Of a stretch of DNA of 32,000 nt, positions 30,062 to 32,000 are shown piece by piece. The notes beneath the pieces were generated by a model that worked only from the letters and a program-made list of their open reading frames with translations, made no database searches and was not told where the DNA came from. The stretch is from the NCBI GenBank assembly GCA_002794465.1, contig MTSL01000107.1, forward strand, positions 1 through 32,000, given 5' to 3'. Numbering within the stretch: position 1 is the first letter of the stretch; each line of letters begins with the position of its first letter. Both the position numbers and the translations under genes were made by a program. The stretch comes from Paramicrosporidium saccamoebae KSL3 (taxonomy: Eukaryota; Fungi; Cryptomycota).

Positions 30062-30700
30062 ATGACAAAGTCCAACACTATGTATCCCGCGTTCCAAGTG
30101 CTCTCTGGTAAGCGCGTCATCCTTGGAAGCACTTCGTCTAGTCGCATTTCCATCTTTACCCAGCTCGGTCTAGACTATGAGCTACTGTCGTCCAATTTTG
30201 AAGAAGATTATGACAAGGCTGCATTCAAAACACCATTGGCATATTGTGCTGCAACTTGTGCAAAGAAGGCCGAGATTGTCCTCGAAATGAGCAGCGGAAC
30301 CGCCAGTCTAATCGTGTGCGCCGATACGATTATCAGCTGTAATGGTGTGATCTACGAAAAACCAATGGACCGGGCTGATGCTGTGCGTATCCTATCAGAA
30401 CTTGGTGGCAATACTATCGAAGTGATTACGGCCGTGTCCTTTTATTACCGCACTGCCGCTGGCTACCAACATTGTGCATTTGAAGACGTGACCTTAATGC
30501 ACATGTTGCCGTATGATGACAAAATGATTGCCGCATACCTTGACACGGGTGAAGGAATGTCCTACTCTGGTGCCCTAAGCTACCAAGGAGCTGGATTCCT
30601 ACTCGTCAAAGGAATCAATGGATGTTTTTACAATCTAAGGGGTTTCCCAGCCCCGAGATTCTATCAAGAATACGCTAAAATAGCCCATCTCATTGTGTGA
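30062..30700 (+). CDS. Maf-family nucleoside triphosphate pyrophosphatase, paralog 1 (intronless)
   Basis: RVILGSTSSSR, SNFEED, KKAE, CADTII, YEKPMDRADA, YQG and GCFYNLRGFP. Confidence 0.9.
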   Translation: MTKSNTMYPAFQVLSGKRVILGSTSSSRISIFTQLGLDYELLSSNFEEDYDKAAFKTPLAYCAATCAKKAEIVLEMSSGTASLIVCADTIISCNGVIYEKPMDRADAVRILSELGGNTIEVITAVSFYYRTAAGYQHCAFEDVTLMHMLPYDDKMIAAYLDTGEGMSYSGALSYQGAGFLLVKGINGCFYNLRGFPAPRFYQEYAKIAHLIV

Positions 30701-30915
30701 AATGTTAGCAGCCGAAATTCGTGACCAATCATAACGGAGAAGCGACACTGTGAGATGGTACAACTAAGGACCACAGTGATCCCAATAAAGGGTCGTGTTG
30801 ATGAGCAAATTAGTTTTATTAAAGTATGTGGCATATAGACAGCCATCCTTACTGTGATTGGAATGGCTTATAGGATCGCTATCTGAGTTGGATTCACTAG
30901 TGATAGGTGATACTG

Positions 30916-31119
30916 TGTGACGTAGAGGCAGAGGCAGAGGATCGATTGATTAGTCGGGTATTTGACGTAGAGGCAGAGGATTGATTAGTCGGGTATTTGA
31001 CGTAGAGGGTTGATTAGTTGCTGGATATTTGAGGACAGTGAGATGTGTATCCATACTATTCTAGGATCAGCAGTGAACAACGCCGCTTCCCGTCTGTGGA
31101 TTATCCCCGCTACGCGACA
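30916..31119 (+). mobile_element. Short TGT...ACA element, copy 4 (~204 nt), with a triplicated left subterminal unit
   Basis: TGTGACGTAG...CTACGCGACA. The TGACGTAGAGG...TTGATTAGT unit occurs three times. The core matches copy 3. No clean TSD. Confidence 0.8.
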
Positions 31120-31277
31120 AGCGGATGCTGCTTAACAGGGCCTTACTCTAAACCTCACAATTGTTAATACAGCTGCCTATCAATGATGGTTCATTATTAA
31201 CAAAAAAACCTATCGATCAGTCCAGTCAGTCCCATTACTTTATACTCGACTAAGAATAATCGCGTTTTTGCATTATC

Positions 31278-31952
31278 ATGTCTCCAGATGCCGTCAAGTA
31301 TCCCGCATTCCATGTTCTCCAAGGAAAGCGTGTAATTTTGGCCTCTGCATCTCCACGTCGGGTCAATCTTCTGGGCCGAATGGTACATTTCCGCACGCTA
31401 CTCATACCATAGGGGCTCTCTTTTGAGGTCGTTCCATCAAATTTTGAAGAAGATTATGACAAGGCCAATTATGACTCTCCCACCGCCTACTGCTCGGCAA
31501 CTTGTCTTAAAAAGGCTCAAATCGTCCTCGAAAAGACCATCGATACTGAACCTTCCCTGATAATCAGCTCTGATACAATTGTCGTCTGCGAGGGCGCCAT
31601 TTACGAAAAGCCGATGGATAGAAACGATGCCGTACAGATTTTGAGTGCAATTAGCGGAAAGACAGTGGACGTGATTACAGCCGTGACAATGTTCTACCTC
31701 CAGAAAGACGGAACGTATAAAGAAGTCTCTTTTGATGAGAGCACCGAAATGTACATGGACCAATATGGCCAAGACATGATCGACGCCTATCTCGACACGG
31801 GCGAAGGAATGGGTTTCAGTGGCGCCTTTTCCTATCAGGGTGCTGCGTTCCTGATGATCAAGGGAATCACTGGCTGTTTCTACAATGCAATTGGATTCCC
31901 AGTTTCTCGGTTCTACCGCGAATTCCTTAAAATATCGAACCAAGTCGCATAG
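31278..31952 (+). CDS. Maf-family nucleoside triphosphate pyrophosphatase, paralog 2; 1 intron (31383-31412)
   Basis: MSPDAVKYPAFHVLQGKRVILASASPRRVNLLGRM|GLSFEVVPSNFEED...SSDTIV...YEKPMDR...YQG...GCFYNAIGFP. Confidence 0.92.
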
Positions 31953-32000
31953 ACAACACATGGCTTTATTGAGGTGCATCTTGAACATCTCGGCCAAATA

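Overview
Gene-dense eukaryotic DNA with about 22 protein genes, intergenic gaps of tens to a few hundred nt and tiny GT-AG introns (15 called, 29-42 nt, 14 ending in TAG). The housekeeping proteins look fungal or opisthokont, and mitochondrial genes (a carrier, COX5A) are kept. This fits an early-diverging fungal relative such as a Rozellomycota/Paramicrosporidium-like parasite, which is inference only. Recognisable genes: mitochondrial glutamate-type carrier, GPN3, NSUN5/RCM1, tri-ubiquitin, RAD23, NOP14, RPL33/L35a, PAF1, a two-BIR survivin/Bir1, CDC5/CEF1, COX5A and two Maf pyrophosphatases. Features not explained by the ORF track: (1) an SRP RNA on the minus strand at about 19927-20182; (2) four short TGT...ACA elements with shared 10-bp termini, two with exact 4-bp target-site duplications; (3) an Rpn7 whose N-terminal half is replaced by a ubiquitin-like domain, next to polyubiquitin and RAD23; (4) three paralogous type II membrane glycosyltransferase-like genes built from a two-domain module, one carrying the module twice; (5) a tandem pair of proteins with a linker-histone-like winged helix plus coiled coil. 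All calls were made by eye; no database searches were run.
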